Below, one piece after another: positions 46,580 to 56,565 of a stretch of DNA of 64,000 nucleotides. The notes below the pieces were generated by a model that was not told the origin of the DNA, ran no database searches, and saw nothing but the letters and a program-made list of their open reading frames with translations. Numbering within the stretch: position 1 is the stretch's first letter; the number at the start of each line of letters is the position of its first letter. Source of the stretch: a virus; IMG/VR virus record IMGVR_UViG_3300025151_000016; one strand, 5' to 3'. The position numbers and the translations under genes were made by a program.

Positions 46580-46783
46580 TCATACCCATCCTTTTAGGTT
46601 ATCGTTATAGTCTTTGACTAATCGATAAGATGGGTCGCCCATAGCTACTCTTTTAATGTCTCCTCGACCAATACCAATATCATTTAATTCATGATCTGTA
46701 AGTCTCGAAAGTTCATTATATGTGTTTCTATAAGTTTGTCTGTTACGTAGTTTCTGTAAGAAGTTGTTTACTAGATTTGTCAT
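46580..46783 (-). CDS. DUF1127 (YjiS-like) small protein
   Basis: R.T..EL.RL.D.EL.DIGI.R.DI. Confidence 0.9.
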   Translation of the reverse strand: MTNLVNNFLQKLRNRQTYRNTYNELSRLTDHELNDIGIGRGDIKRVAMGDPSYRLVKDYNDNLKGWV

Positions 46784-47207
46784 GGTTTACCTCGTTTTGA
46801 CCAATGTTGATTTTACGAGGACGCTTCTCTTCAGGTAGGATGACTTCTAAACTGACTGTCAAAATCCCATCCATCATGTCTGCTCCAGTGACTTCTGTGT
46901 ATTCGCTTAACCGATATGACTTCTTAAACTTTCGAGCACTTATACCTTTATGAACGTAACTATTTTGATCACGCCTTTGTGGTCTATCACCAGTGATAGT
47001 AAGCACGTGGTCTTTGATTTCAATATCAATATGATCTTTATTAAAACCTGCTACTGCAAGCTCAATCTCATATTTCATACTGTCGTGTTTGATTACGTTA
47101 TGTGGGGGATAAGTATCCTTCGCGTGGCTGTGTATTGATTCCAGCTGATCGAAGATGTGGTCGAAACCTAAGAATGCGTTTCGGGGATATACGAAATTAC
47201 CTGTCAT
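46743..47207 (-). CDS. hsp20: Small heat-shock protein
   Basis: GFD, YPP.N, IELAVAGF, HKGIS.R.F, DGIL, PEEKRPRKI. Confidence 0.95.
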   Translation of the reverse strand: MTGNFVYPRNAFLGFDHIFDQLESIHSHAKDTYPPHNVIKHDSMKYEIELAVAGFNKDHIDIEIKDHVLTITGDRPQRRDQNSYVHKGISARKFKKSYRLSEYTEVTGADMMDGILTVSLEVILPEEKRPRKINIGQNEVNHDKSSKQLLTETT

Positions 47208-47262
47208 TTTTTCCTCCTATGACTAGCAAGGTTATATTGGGCCCGATCATTCGGCACCCATA
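47205..47262 (-). promoter_or_regulatory. ROSE-like RNA thermometer 5'UTR of hsp20
   Basis: 5' hairpin then CCTTGCTA-GTCA-TAGGAGG placing UUGCU opposite the SD. Confidence 0.65.
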
Positions 47263-47263
47263 T

Positions 47264-47271
47264 TATTTATA
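47264..47271 (-). promoter_or_regulatory. T4 late promoter
   Basis: TATAAATA upstream of hsp20 leader. Confidence 0.7.
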
Positions 47272-47306
47272 TAGTTATTGCTATTACAAATGTAAATAGC
47301 TGGTAT

Positions 47307-47714
47307 TCATTTATTTCCAATATTATATTTTGGACACAGTTCCCACTGGTCCTTTTCTTTATAAGAAATTATTTTAATCTGCCGCAGTGGAGCAACGTTG
47401 AGTTCTTCTTTACGAACAAAGTCAATAAGACCCCAATCGCTCAACAATGTAGCAATAGTATTCCTACGTGCAATATCGTTTTCTTCTAGATTAGCTTTCT
47501 TCCCATCTAGCATAAACAGCTCTTTAAAGTGTACAATAAAGTACCGGCCTTGTTTATGTAAGATGTGGCATGATTGAAACAACTTACGATCTTTGCGTGA
47601 TGCTACGCCGATACGAGTAAGTGTTTCACGAACCTTTAAAAAGTCATCTGGTTCGTTTAGTGTAATCTCCAACATAGTAGTTGGTGACCATTCAATTACA
47701 TTATTTTCTTCCAC
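47307..47714 (-). CDS. regA: Translational repressor
   Basis: PDDFLKVRETLTRIG, QSCHILHKQGRYFIVHFKE, W.L.PKYNIG. Confidence 0.97.
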   Translation of the reverse strand: MEENNVIEWSPTTMLEITLNEPDDFLKVRETLTRIGVASRKDRKLFQSCHILHKQGRYFIVHFKELFMLDGKKANLEENDIARRNTIATLLSDWGLIDFVRKEELNVAPLRQIKIISYKEKDQWELCPKYNIGNK

Positions 47715-48078
47715 CTTTACTCACCTTCTTTTCTAATTCTTTAATTTGCTCAGGTGATAGAAGTGAAAGAGCTTGTTTAGCTTTATCATTGCTATAGCCA
47801 TAATACTCTTTTACCACTTCAATATCACTTACTAAGTCAGGTTTGTTCCATTTTGAAAAACGTTTCCGCTTCCTGACAATATTTATAAGAAAATGAAATT
47901 GAAGCTTTTTATCGAGGTGAGCATATTGATTCATCTCGTTTGCTATAGCTACAGTGTCTGAGAAATAAGATAGACCACGATTCACCATGAAAGCGTTATA
48001 TTGCTTTTCAGTTATATCGTCAATCATTATATCTTGTTTAGTAAAATTAATTGCGTTCAAATATTCAAAAGGACTCAT
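47701..48078 (-). CDS. gp62: Clamp loader small subunit
   Basis: F.YL.AIN, Y..FMVNRGLS, ANEMN, EYYGYS..KA. Confidence 0.93.
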   Translation of the reverse strand: MSPFEYLNAINFTKQDIMIDDITEKQYNAFMVNRGLSYFSDTVAIANEMNQYAHLDKKLQFHFLINIVRKRKRFSKWNKPDLVSDIEVVKEYYGYSNDKAKQALSLLSPEQIKELEKKVSKGGRK

Positions 48079-48629
48079 GATGATTCATTATAATTAAGAA
48101 AAATTAATCCAGAATGACTGGATGTTTGAAGAGAGCCACTACTATGTGTAATGGCAAATGTTAAGTTATCACCTGCTACAAAACTTTCAGGTGTAATAGC
48201 AGTGTGATTGCCGCGTGATCCAGTAGATGTACAATCCACAACTACTGTCTTAGCTGTAGCGCTACTATTTTTAAATAGCGTGACAGTAGTGTTACCAGAT
48301 CCTGAAAGAGTATTTAATTGCATAGAAATATTTTTAACAGTGCCGCTGAAAGGCATACGATAACCGCTGTTCGTACCAGTAAGTACATGATTAGTTACAC
48401 CAGTAAGACTTTGAGAATTTTCTAAATCATCATCAACTGAAATAAAGGCGTTTGGAGGAACTCCATGTAGTTGTGTAACACTCGATAGATTAAAGTGTTG
48501 TCCGTCAGTAATAAAATCACCTGATTCAGCAGAATCTAGATTACCAATAAAAATTGGATTGACAAGAACAAACCTGTCGTTTGCACTATCTCTGAATCCA
48601 GCAGCTTGATATGGTATTTCTTGTGGCAT
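48075..48629 (-). CDS. Hypothetical beta-rich protein inserted in the replication operon
   Basis: S/T/G-rich; own late promoter at 48654-48661. Confidence 0.65.
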   Translation of the reverse strand: MPQEIPYQAAGFRDSANDRFVLVNPIFIGNLDSAESGDFITDGQHFNLSSVTQLHGVPPNAFISVDDDLENSQSLTGVTNHVLTGTNSGYRMPFSGTVKNISMQLNTLSGSGNTTVTLFKNSSATAKTVVVDCTSTGSRGNHTAITPESFVAGDNLTFAITHSSGSLQTSSHSGLIFLNYNESS

Positions 48630-48653
48630 TATATCCTCATACAATTATAACAC

Positions 48654-48661
48654 TATTTATA
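48654..48661 (-). promoter_or_regulatory. T4 late promoter
   Basis: TATAAATA. Confidence 0.65.
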
Positions 48662-49241
48662 GTGCACGTACAACAGTTTGCATCCGCATGACATCCAATG
48701 AAATATCATGACGAGGATCATGGTGAATAAAAGATTGTGCACAACCATCTGGCATAAACTTGTCGTCAATGTCTGATCCCCATAACAATCCATCAAGGAA
48801 AGATCGAGTATCTCTTACGTTCCACCAAGGATATGGTATTCCCTTATCGCATGAATATAAAAGTTTTTCCATAAGAACTGGATCAAACATATTGCCGCGT
48901 GTGTATACGCGCCGTATATCCATTCCTTGTGTATATTCTGTGATAAAGTTCCAAAGGTTAGAAATAGATACATCACTCGGTGAAGGCTTGAGTTGCTGTT
49001 GAGCCTGCTCTGATTGCTTTCCCCACCATTCTAAGGTAGATTTATCTATTTTTCTGCCAAACTTCTTTACCTGTTCCTCTACATCAAATTTAATAAAAGC
49101 TGTGTCTTCTACTAGGTTATCGTAGTTATAAGGATCTAAAGCATAGTTACTTTCATTGAAACGAAGAATAGCAAGAGATACTGCAACTCCAGTATATTGA
49201 TTTCCTAACGTTTCAAAATCGTATATGATACAATCGTCCAT
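48657..49241 (-). CDS. dexA: DexA-like 3'-5' exonuclease
   Basis: YDFETL, TLEWW.KQ, RG..FD, RD.RS, H.P..D...D. Confidence 0.85.
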   Translation of the reverse strand: MDDCIIYDFETLGNQYTGVAVSLAILRFNESNYALDPYNYDNLVEDTAFIKFDVEEQVKKFGRKIDKSTLEWWGKQSEQAQQQLKPSPSDVSISNLWNFITEYTQGMDIRRVYTRGNMFDPVLMEKLLYSCDKGIPYPWWNVRDTRSFLDGLLWGSDIDDKFMPDGCAQSFIHHDPRHDISLDVMRMQTVVRAL

Positions 49242-50179
49242 TATTTAAAATCCACGTTTGCCATGATTTCTGTCATACATGCTACAACATTTAATTCATG
49301 GTCTGCCACAAAGGCATCTTTGTATTGATAGTCTGCAAGGATAAGAACTAATTGTGGAATAGATCGAGGTTCTATAAATTCATTCATATTATCATATAAG
49401 CCACGAAAGATTCCTACAGTATCTTGGTCCATATTGTTTACGACCCAAGACCTCATCTTCTTGAAATTCTTTTCTTTTAAACTGGTAGAAAGCTCAGCAA
49501 ACCCAGCTCCGCTAGGATTAATATCACTGCCATCAATACTACTCCCACCAATACTGCTTCGTTGTCCTTCATTTATTACTCTCCTCCAGTCCGGTGCGTA
49601 TTTCATAATTAGATCAGCTACAGCTTTCGAATCATAAGATACGTTTTCTTGGTCTAATATATATACGAAACGTTTATAAAATTGAGCTGCAATATCAGCT
49701 AGTGCTTTCTTTGACGTATTAAATTCATATACGCCACACCGAGAATGTAGGGGTTCAATAACACGATTCTTAAAGTTACATGTTAAAATGAAACGGCAAT
49801 TATTTGCAAACTCTTCCATGAAACCACGAAGAGCTGGCTGTGTTGATTGTGGATTAAGATAGTCAGCCTCATCGAGAATGATAACTTTATATCCACCTTG
49901 TAAAGATACAGACGAAGCAAATTGTTTTATCTTGCCACGTAGTGTATCGATGTTGCCTTCTTCAGATCCATTGATTACTATATAATCGAGATCGAGCTCG
50001 TTACACATAGCACGAGCAATTGTAGTCTTACCAAGACCAGCGGTACCAGTAAACAGCATGTTAGGCATGTCACCAGTATCAACTATTTTTTGAAATGTAT
50101 TCTTTAAGTCTGCGGGTAAGATTGTATCGGCCACTTTCCGCGGCCGGTACTTTTCAACCCATAAGAAATCTTTACTCAT
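49241..50179 (-). CDS. gp44: Clamp loader large subunit
   Basis: WVEKYRP, G.AG.GKTT, DEAD, SRC. Confidence 0.96.
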   Translation of the reverse strand: MSKDFLWVEKYRPRKVADTILPADLKNTFQKIVDTGDMPNMLFTGTAGLGKTTIARAMCNELDLDYIVINGSEEGNIDTLRGKIKQFASSVSLQGGYKVIILDEADYLNPQSTQPALRGFMEEFANNCRFILTCNFKNRVIEPLHSRCGVYEFNTSKKALADIAAQFYKRFVYILDQENVSYDSKAVADLIMKYAPDWRRVINEGQRSSIGGSSIDGSDINPSGAGFAELSTSLKEKNFKKMRSWVVNNMDQDTVGIFRGLYDNMNEFIEPRSIPQLVLILADYQYKDAFVADHELNVVACMTEIMANVDFK

Positions 50180-50206
50180 CTGCTCTCCTCATAATGTAAT
50201 AATAAT

Positions 50207-50235
50207 ATTTTAAACCAATTTTGAGCAAATGTAAA
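50207..50235 (-). promoter_or_regulatory. Sigma70-type promoter
   Basis: TTTACA-N17-TAAAAT. Confidence 0.65.
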
Positions 50236-50433
50236 CTATTCAGATTCCGCAGCCTCTTCTTCATCGCGTTGTTCTACGATTTGTATAAGCTGAATACACT
50301 GGTCTCGTAGTGTACCAATAGTACTAAGCTCTTCGCCTTTGAATCCACCACGCTGCGTAATAGCATCAATAACTGCTACCGCTGAACGGCTAACTCGGTT
50401 ACATAGATCATAAACCTGTTCGTGATCTGACAT
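50236..50433 (-). CDS. Hypothetical protein
   Basis: VIDA..QRG.FKGEEL..IG.LR; AGGAG RBS. Confidence 0.7.
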   Translation of the reverse strand: MSDHEQVYDLCNRVSRSAVAVIDAITQRGGFKGEELSTIGTLRDQCIQLIQIVEQRDEEEAAESE

Positions 50434-50445
50434 AATAATCTCCTA

Positions 50446-51132
50446 TTAATCTTTGTAGGTTGAGGACTTTTCGAGGGCTACCCAATACTTTAAGTCCATA
50501 TCATCTGAAGTACTGGTGAACTGTGATATAAGCTTCGATGATATTTCCACTTTATAATCAGATGGAATCATACGAAGGTTACTAATATTTAAAATGAATT
50601 TAAAGTCTTCTGACTTGTATTCTCCATCAACATCAATAGAGTATGTATTCGATGTACTGTTAGTTGTATCTACAACTGTAAGTGTAACTACACCATTTGA
50701 ACCAGTAATCGATACCTCGCTGTGGCCAAGTGCCGAAGCAGCACGTTTCAGGTTGGCAAGTGTTGTTTGATCCAAAGTAAAAGTAACTTCGGGATCTGGC
50801 ATATTAATTGGTTTACTTGGAGACGTAAGCATTTCTGTATCTGAAAAGAAATACTTAATCTTTGCTCTACCTGACGTATCACCAATTGTAGCAAATTGAT
50901 CGTCAAGTTTTAGGTTAGCGGCATCAAATAAATTTACAACCGATAAGAATTCTGGTAGATCGTATATGCCAAACGTACGATCAAATTCTTCCGGCACAGT
51001 TGCCTGAGCAAGAATATTCTTAGCTTCAGACATAGTCATAACAGACTTCCCTGGATGAATCACTAAGTTAGGATTAATCGAAGAGAAGTTCTTCAAAGTT
51101 TGCATAGTAAAGCTGGATAGTTCCATAATCAA
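50446..51132 (-). CDS. gp45: Sliding clamp
   Basis: LKNFSSIN, FGIYDL.EFL, YWVALE. Confidence 0.95.
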   Translation of the reverse strand: MIMELSSFTMQTLKNFSSINPNLVIHPGKSVMTMSEAKNILAQATVPEEFDRTFGIYDLPEFLSVVNLFDAANLKLDDQFATIGDTSGRAKIKYFFSDTEMLTSPSKPINMPDPEVTFTLDQTTLANLKRAASALGHSEVSITGSNGVVTLTVVDTTNSTSNTYSIDVDGEYKSEDFKFILNISNLRMIPSDYKVEISSKLISQFTSTSDDMDLKYWVALEKSSTYKD

Positions 51133-52850
51133 TTCCCTTTTAGTTTACTAAAATTTTTCTCTTTGTGAAACTCGAGTTTGTTTTCGAACTTCCCTTCAAG
51201 AATATCACCTTTATGAGAAATAACAAACACGTTAGTATCGTCATCTAATGTGTGTATTATCTTCATAAGATTGTCAACACCTTCATAATCTAAAGATGAA
51301 TCGAATGTTTCATCCAAAATAAGCAGGTTAGTTGCAACCGAGTTCTTCATCTTGGCTATCATGCGCCAAGTAAAGAGTAACGCCAGATCGATACGCTGTT
51401 TCTCACCCTCGGAAAACGAGTCGTAAGTAAAGGCGTCGCGATGTCTGGATCGAATAGTTTCTGAGAATGCTTCGTCCAGGTGAAAGGATACGAAGAAATC
51501 TAGAACCTGTAAGTATTGATTTACGAGTTTATTTATAACCGGTAAATACTGTTTAATAATTTTTGTTTTAATTCCTGTGTCTTTGAGCATTTCTAGTATA
51601 ACACTATTATAACTCAAAGATTCGTTTAAGTACAATCTTTTTTCAAATAAATCGTCTTTTTTTCCTTTTAATAGTTCAAGGTCAGTTTTAGACTTGGCCA
51701 CATCACCATCGTTGCCGCGTATCTTTGTTATTGCATCATTGATATTTTGTATCTGGCCTTGAAGCCTCACGATTTCTCGATTGTTAGAAGATATAGATGC
51801 TGTTTTATTTCGTATGTCTTCTGAGGTATTTGTAAGTTGACTTAAAGCATCTTCCACAACAGTTGACTGATCACCTACATCGTCTAAAGCTTTTTGTATT
51901 TCTGCTGCTTTTGTCTTAGCAGTAGTAAGTTTTGTTGATCGTAGTTCTGAATCAATATCTTGAGAACATGTTGGACATGTATCATTTTCCTCGTAAAACT
52001 TTGTTTCTTTAACGAGTGTAGAAATCTTCTGATTGAACTCAGCTTTGTATTGTAACAATGCTTGTTTCTTATCATGATTCTTTTTAAGGTCTTCTTGTAA
52101 GCCAATAGAGCTTTGATCAATCTCATCTGACAAAGTAGCATTACTTGTTTGCAATGTTTGTATCTCGTCATTGACATCTTTTATTTCAAGTTCTTTACTT
52201 TCAATCTGGTCGTTACTAAGACTTTCAACCTCTTTAATATATTTTGATTGTAAGTCAATCTTTTCTTTTGCGAGTTCTAAATCATATTCTGTAGACTTTA
52301 TATCTTCTTTGAGTAAACCATTCTTTTCTTTTAGAATAGTATTCATCTTAGAGAATACATTAATATCCAGAAGATCCTCGATAACATCACGCCTAGCGCC
52401 GGCTGCAAGTTGCATGAAGGGAATGAAGGAGGAACTGCCGAGCACGACGATCTGGTGAAAGCTTTTATGATTAAGCTTAATGATGTTTTGCTCGAGGATC
52501 TTCTGGTACTCTTTGGAATGAGAGGACTGATTTATCATAGTCCCGTCTTTCCAAATCTCGAATATGTTTGGCCTGATACCACGAACTATTTTATAGTTCG
52601 AACCAGACACGTTGAATTGAACTTCAACTAGACAATTCTTATTATTAATCGAATTAAGAAGTTGAGGCTTACTAATATTTCTATGTGCTTTACCGAATAA
52701 CGCAAATGCCAAAGCATCAAGCATGGTCGATTTGCCTGCACCATTGTGGCCTACAACCAATGTAGTTTTTGAGTCAGTAAAGTCTACTGTGGTAAAAGAG
52801 TTTCCTGTAGAAAGGAAATTCTTCCACTTTAAGGTGGTAAATTTAATCAT
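51129..52850 (-). CDS. gp46: Rad50-like recombination ATPase
   Basis: NGAGKST, CPTC hook, FSEGEK, LDE.FD, ISH. Confidence 0.96.
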   Translation of the reverse strand: MIKFTTLKWKNFLSTGNSFTTVDFTDSKTTLVVGHNGAGKSTMLDALAFALFGKAHRNISKPQLLNSINNKNCLVEVQFNVSGSNYKIVRGIRPNIFEIWKDGTMINQSSHSKEYQKILEQNIIKLNHKSFHQIVVLGSSSFIPFMQLAAGARRDVIEDLLDINVFSKMNTILKEKNGLLKEDIKSTEYDLELAKEKIDLQSKYIKEVESLSNDQIESKELEIKDVNDEIQTLQTSNATLSDEIDQSSIGLQEDLKKNHDKKQALLQYKAEFNQKISTLVKETKFYEENDTCPTCSQDIDSELRSTKLTTAKTKAAEIQKALDDVGDQSTVVEDALSQLTNTSEDIRNKTASISSNNREIVRLQGQIQNINDAITKIRGNDGDVAKSKTDLELLKGKKDDLFEKRLYLNESLSYNSVILEMLKDTGIKTKIIKQYLPVINKLVNQYLQVLDFFVSFHLDEAFSETIRSRHRDAFTYDSFSEGEKQRIDLALLFTWRMIAKMKNSVATNLLILDETFDSSLDYEGVDNLMKIIHTLDDDTNVFVISHKGDILEGKFENKLEFHKEKNFSKLKGN

Positions 52851-53908
52851 GCTATTTCGAGTGTCTGTGCTTCCACATATAGATCGTTCATTTCTTTTTT
52901 GATACGATCTTTATCCAACTCTGTCTCCACGTTATCAATGTATGTATTAACGAGAGATGTTGTATCTTCAAGAGATACGTTTTCATCTTCTACGTTACTT
53001 CCAATAAATTCTGAAAAATTATCTTGAATTTTGAGTTCATATATTTTCCTATTCTGTATTCTATCAACAAATCGGTCGAATGTAAATAGGTCATTTTTAT
53101 TAATTACTACAATTTTTACAAATTTATTGTCTAGTGATGTAACGTCATAATCTCCGAAATCAGCCACCACATCGTCGTAATAGATCCGATGGAACAAAGT
53201 ATGAGGGTTATGGATAGGAGTAAGGTCACGTGTTGATGTATCCAAGATGTGAAAGTATTTTTTGTCGTGGGCGTCATTCCAGAAAAACTCCATTTGTGAT
53301 CCAAGGTAATGGATATTACCTTTATTTGATTTTGTATGATAGTGTCCTGATAACACCATCTCGAATCTATCGAAGATAGAAGGGTCCATGCCATGCGTGC
53401 TTTCAATACCCTTCATCATTTCAAAACCGTCAAGTTCTAAATGAGCACCGAGGATTGGAGCATCACATTTTTTAATAAATTCTATGTATTCTTTTTCATT
53501 CTCAGGATTAATCCATGGAACCATTGCAATCTTAAGTTCATCATATTCTAAGACTGTAGGATTATTTACGATATGTACCTCATTCATATAATGTCCAAGT
53601 AACTCTTTTAATGAGTTCAAGTCATTTGTATTCTTATAGTACGTATCATGGTTACCACATATAATATCCATAGTGATACCATACTCACGTAACTTATGAA
53701 GGAACATCTTACGATTACGTGTAAGTGCTTTGAAGTTAATAAACTTACGATTGTCATAGTAATCACCGAGGTGAAGAATATGTTTTATATTATTTTTTAA
53801 GAGATAGGGGAAAAATACTTCATTATAAAATTTGTCTGCATTATCTAAAAAAATATCAGAAGAATTGCGAACACCACAATGGGTGTCATTCAATATAGCT
53901 ATTTTCAT
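52847..53908 (-). CDS. gp47: Mre11-like nuclease
   Basis: DTH.G, GD..D, GNHD, SGHYH. Confidence 0.96.
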   Translation of the reverse strand: MKIAILNDTHCGVRNSSDIFLDNADKFYNEVFFPYLLKNNIKHILHLGDYYDNRKFINFKALTRNRKMFLHKLREYGITMDIICGNHDTYYKNTNDLNSLKELLGHYMNEVHIVNNPTVLEYDELKIAMVPWINPENEKEYIEFIKKCDAPILGAHLELDGFEMMKGIESTHGMDPSIFDRFEMVLSGHYHTKSNKGNIHYLGSQMEFFWNDAHDKKYFHILDTSTRDLTPIHNPHTLFHRIYYDDVVADFGDYDVTSLDNKFVKIVVINKNDLFTFDRFVDRIQNRKIYELKIQDNFSEFIGSNVEDENVSLEDTTSLVNTYIDNVETELDKDRIKKEMNDLYVEAQTLEIA

Positions 53909-54501
53909 TCATCATCCATAAATGTTTGTAGGTCAGAATCAACACGCATAACTCGTTTCTTACGTGTCTTTTCTTCTTGTACATATTGACGAAACTCTGT
54001 ATCACGTTCTTTTACTTTATCAATACGATCTTTGAGTTGATCGACAAATACCTGTACAGCATTATTAGCAGCTTTATCTTCAACGTCTCCGAACACGTAC
54101 TGTTCAATACCAGACTGTGATAAGTACTTGAGTTTAATGTCTTGTTGTTTCTTTTCTTTTGCGATACGACGTAGGAATGCGTACCAAGAAATTTGAGTGA
54201 AATACGCGAATGCGTTTGGGTTACCTGATCGTGTAGCAGCTTCAATGTTATAGTTTTCAATAGCCTTTAGACAATTCTCAACTGCGTCCATCACCATCTC
54301 TTCACGATAAGTGTAACGTATGAAATTAGATTTATGTGATAAGCCTTCGGCAATTTTAAGAAAGCACTGCGCGATGTAATTAGGAACAACTGGAAGCGTG
54401 GATTCTTTTTCTTTTGCTTCCTTCACTACTGTACAATAATCAACAACTGCCTGTGAAAATTCTTTGTTATTTACGTAGTGAATGCTTTTCTTCTTGGCCA
54501 T
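53905..54501 (-). CDS. gp55: Late-transcription sigma factor
   Basis: HYVNNKEF, NF..YTYREEM..D, NAFAYFTQI...AF.RRI.KEK. Confidence 0.96.
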   Translation of the reverse strand: MAKKKSIHYVNNKEFSQAVVDYCTVVKEAKEKESTLPVVPNYIAQCFLKIAEGLSHKSNFIRYTYREEMVMDAVENCLKAIENYNIEAATRSGNPNAFAYFTQISWYAFLRRIAKEKKQQDIKLKYLSQSGIEQYVFGDVEDKAANNAVQVFVDQLKDRIDKVKERDTEFRQYVQEEKTRKKRVMRVDSDLQTFMDDE

Positions 54502-54525
54502 AATATATCCTCATTCAATATTTCT

Positions 54526-54554
54526 ATTCTATACTATATTTCAATAAAAGTAAA
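54526..54554 (-). promoter_or_regulatory. Sigma70-type promoter for the gp55 operon
   Basis: TTTACT-N17-TAGAAT. Confidence 0.75.
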
Positions 54555-54581
54555 CTAAAAAAATAATTTTTTTTTATTGCA

Positions 54582-54649
54582 TTTTAGGGGTTTACAATCC
54601 TGCAAAACTGTATATAATTTAAAGGTATCCTTTATGGTGGGCTGGATTA
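54582..54649 (+). repeat. Antisense-oriented promoter plus hairpin element, copy 2
   Basis: TTTACA-N16-TATAAT, TAAAGG-TAT-CCTTTA; 31 nt identical to 5193-5223. Confidence 0.8.
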
Positions 54650-55087
54650 CTAGTGTAATTTATTTTTACCGGGCCCAGGGAATAACTTAATTACATTATC
54701 GTTATCGCTGTCTTCATCTTCTCCGTCAAGGATTGCTGTGATTTTTTTCATATACTTTTTAAATTTTTCGTCGCCGTCAACTGGCGAGCGGTCATCATTT
54801 TCTGAGCTTAGCGCGTTGTAATATTCTTTTACTACTTCCTTTATAGGAGTTGCTTCTACAAGAATATGTTCGGCGTTTAAAGTTTGAAACGTTCCTTCTT
54901 CGAGCTGCATAATCATTAGGGGTCTAAAAATGTGATACCGTAATCCATCAGGTCTATCTACAGTAACTACCTTCAAAGGATTACGTATGACAAGACCAGG
55001 ACCTTCATCATCAGTCCAATCAACTACCTCGCACACAATTTCGTCGCCGGTGCTAAGTAAGCATTGTTTTACAATTATATCGGTCAT
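54650..55087 (-). CDS. Conserved hypothetical protein downstream of uvsW
   Basis: L.TGDEIVCEV...IRNPL pattern; synteny. Confidence 0.7.
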   Translation of the reverse strand: MTDIIVKQCLLSTGDEIVCEVVDWTDDEGPGLVIRNPLKVVTVDRPDGLRYHIFRPLMIMQLEEGTFQTLNAEHILVEATPIKEVVKEYYNALSSENDDRSPVDGDEKFKKYMKKITAILDGEDEDSDNDNVIKLFPGPGKNKLH

Positions 55088-56565
55088 ATGTCTACCTTAA
55101 TGACTTTATATTTAAATTGTTCTTTGTCGTATATTTTTATGCGTTCAGCGCCATGAAGTAACGTGTAATTTTTTCTATTCTGCCAGTGTAAGTCGTCGGT
55201 TATGTCGTAGAGTGTTGTTTCACGTCCATCATCGGATTGGCGTAACCCTCGTCCGATAGATTGTAAAACCTTAATTTGAGACTTTGACGGGCTAGCGAAC
55301 ACGATATTATGCAGATTCCGTATATTAATACCAGTACTAAAGGTACCAAGACTTGCAACAATAATTGCACCATTTTGTTTCTCCACTATTTTACGAATTG
55401 CTTCTCTATCTGAAGTTGCCACTTCACCAGACACAAAGAAAACTTTTCTTCCTTCCTCTGCCTTACTATTTATTAAATCATAGAGAGGCTTTCCATGAGC
55501 CTCCACACGACTAAATAAGACAAGAGTATTTCCCTTAGCATCCAGAGCGAGATTCCGAATAAGCCTATTACGAGTAGTATTTCCAATAATGAATTCAATT
55601 TCATCTTGATATGTTTTGTTGCCAAAGTCTTTCCTCACTTCTTCTGTATAATTTAATAAAAGTACTTTAATATCTAAAGGAGCCAATGTTCCTTCGTCTT
55701 GTAACGTTTTGGTCATGGTAACCTGATGCACAGGCCCAAATAATCCCTCAAGGACGAGTCTATGTGTCTGCGTGCCGTCGAGTGTGCCAGTTGTGCCGAA
55801 CCTATACTTTGCTTTTGTCGCCTTATTCATTATTGACGACAGGGACTTAGATTTAAATCCGTGGCACTCATCTCCTATTACCATACCAAACTGTTCAAAC
55901 CATTTCTTAGGAAACTTATATATCGACTGCCAGGTTGAAATAATAACACGTTTAGGAGAGTTCTTATCTTTACCTGAATATATTCTATGACACATATCTT
56001 CTACGTTCATATTATAATCTTTAAAGTCTGTATACATTTGTTCAACTAAAGAAGTAGTTGGAACGATAATTAAAACTTTATCATTTTCATTCTCCATTTC
56101 CATCCAGTACTTAATAATAAGATAGATGATAAATGATTTACCAGATCCTGTAGGTGATAATAGAATAGCACGATTTGAAATTAAAGAACGAATAACTGCG
56201 TCGTACTGATAGTCTCTTGGAGCAAACGGAAGATTTGAAACGCTTAAGAAATTATCAAATACTTTTTGATCAACTACATTCTTATCGGTAGGAGATCCAT
56301 AATCCGATTCTTCTAATTCATATGTATATCCTCTTTCAGTACAAAACTTACGAAGATAATGAAACAATCCAGCATTTAATTCGTTTGTAAGATTATTATA
56401 TAAACGTATCTTACCATCCCATACCTTATTCTTATACGCAGGCATAAACTTATATCCTGGAACATAGAATGAAAAGTACTCGGATAGTTCTTGAGCTGGA
56501 CCACGTTCGCAGTCTACATACATCATACTATAATCTTTTAGCTGAACTTTAAAGTCTGCCATCAA
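55084..56565 (-). CDS. uvsW: SF2 helicase
   Basis: SPTGSGKS, DECH, TGT, FSTGINI, LQSIGRGLR. Confidence 0.96.
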   Translation of the reverse strand: MMADFKVQLKDYSMMYVDCERGPAQELSEYFSFYVPGYKFMPAYKNKVWDGKIRLYNNLTNELNAGLFHYLRKFCTERGYTYELEESDYGSPTDKNVVDQKVFDNFLSVSNLPFAPRDYQYDAVIRSLISNRAILLSPTGSGKSFIIYLIIKYWMEMENENDKVLIIVPTTSLVEQMYTDFKDYNMNVEDMCHRIYSGKDKNSPKRVIISTWQSIYKFPKKWFEQFGMVIGDECHGFKSKSLSSIMNKATKAKYRFGTTGTLDGTQTHRLVLEGLFGPVHQVTMTKTLQDEGTLAPLDIKVLLLNYTEEVRKDFGNKTYQDEIEFIIGNTTRNRLIRNLALDAKGNTLVLFSRVEAHGKPLYDLINSKAEEGRKVFFVSGEVATSDREAIRKIVEKQNGAIIVASLGTFSTGINIRNLHNIVFASPSKSQIKVLQSIGRGLRQSDDGRETTLYDITDDLHWQNRKNYTLLHGAERIKIYDKEQFKYKVIKVDI

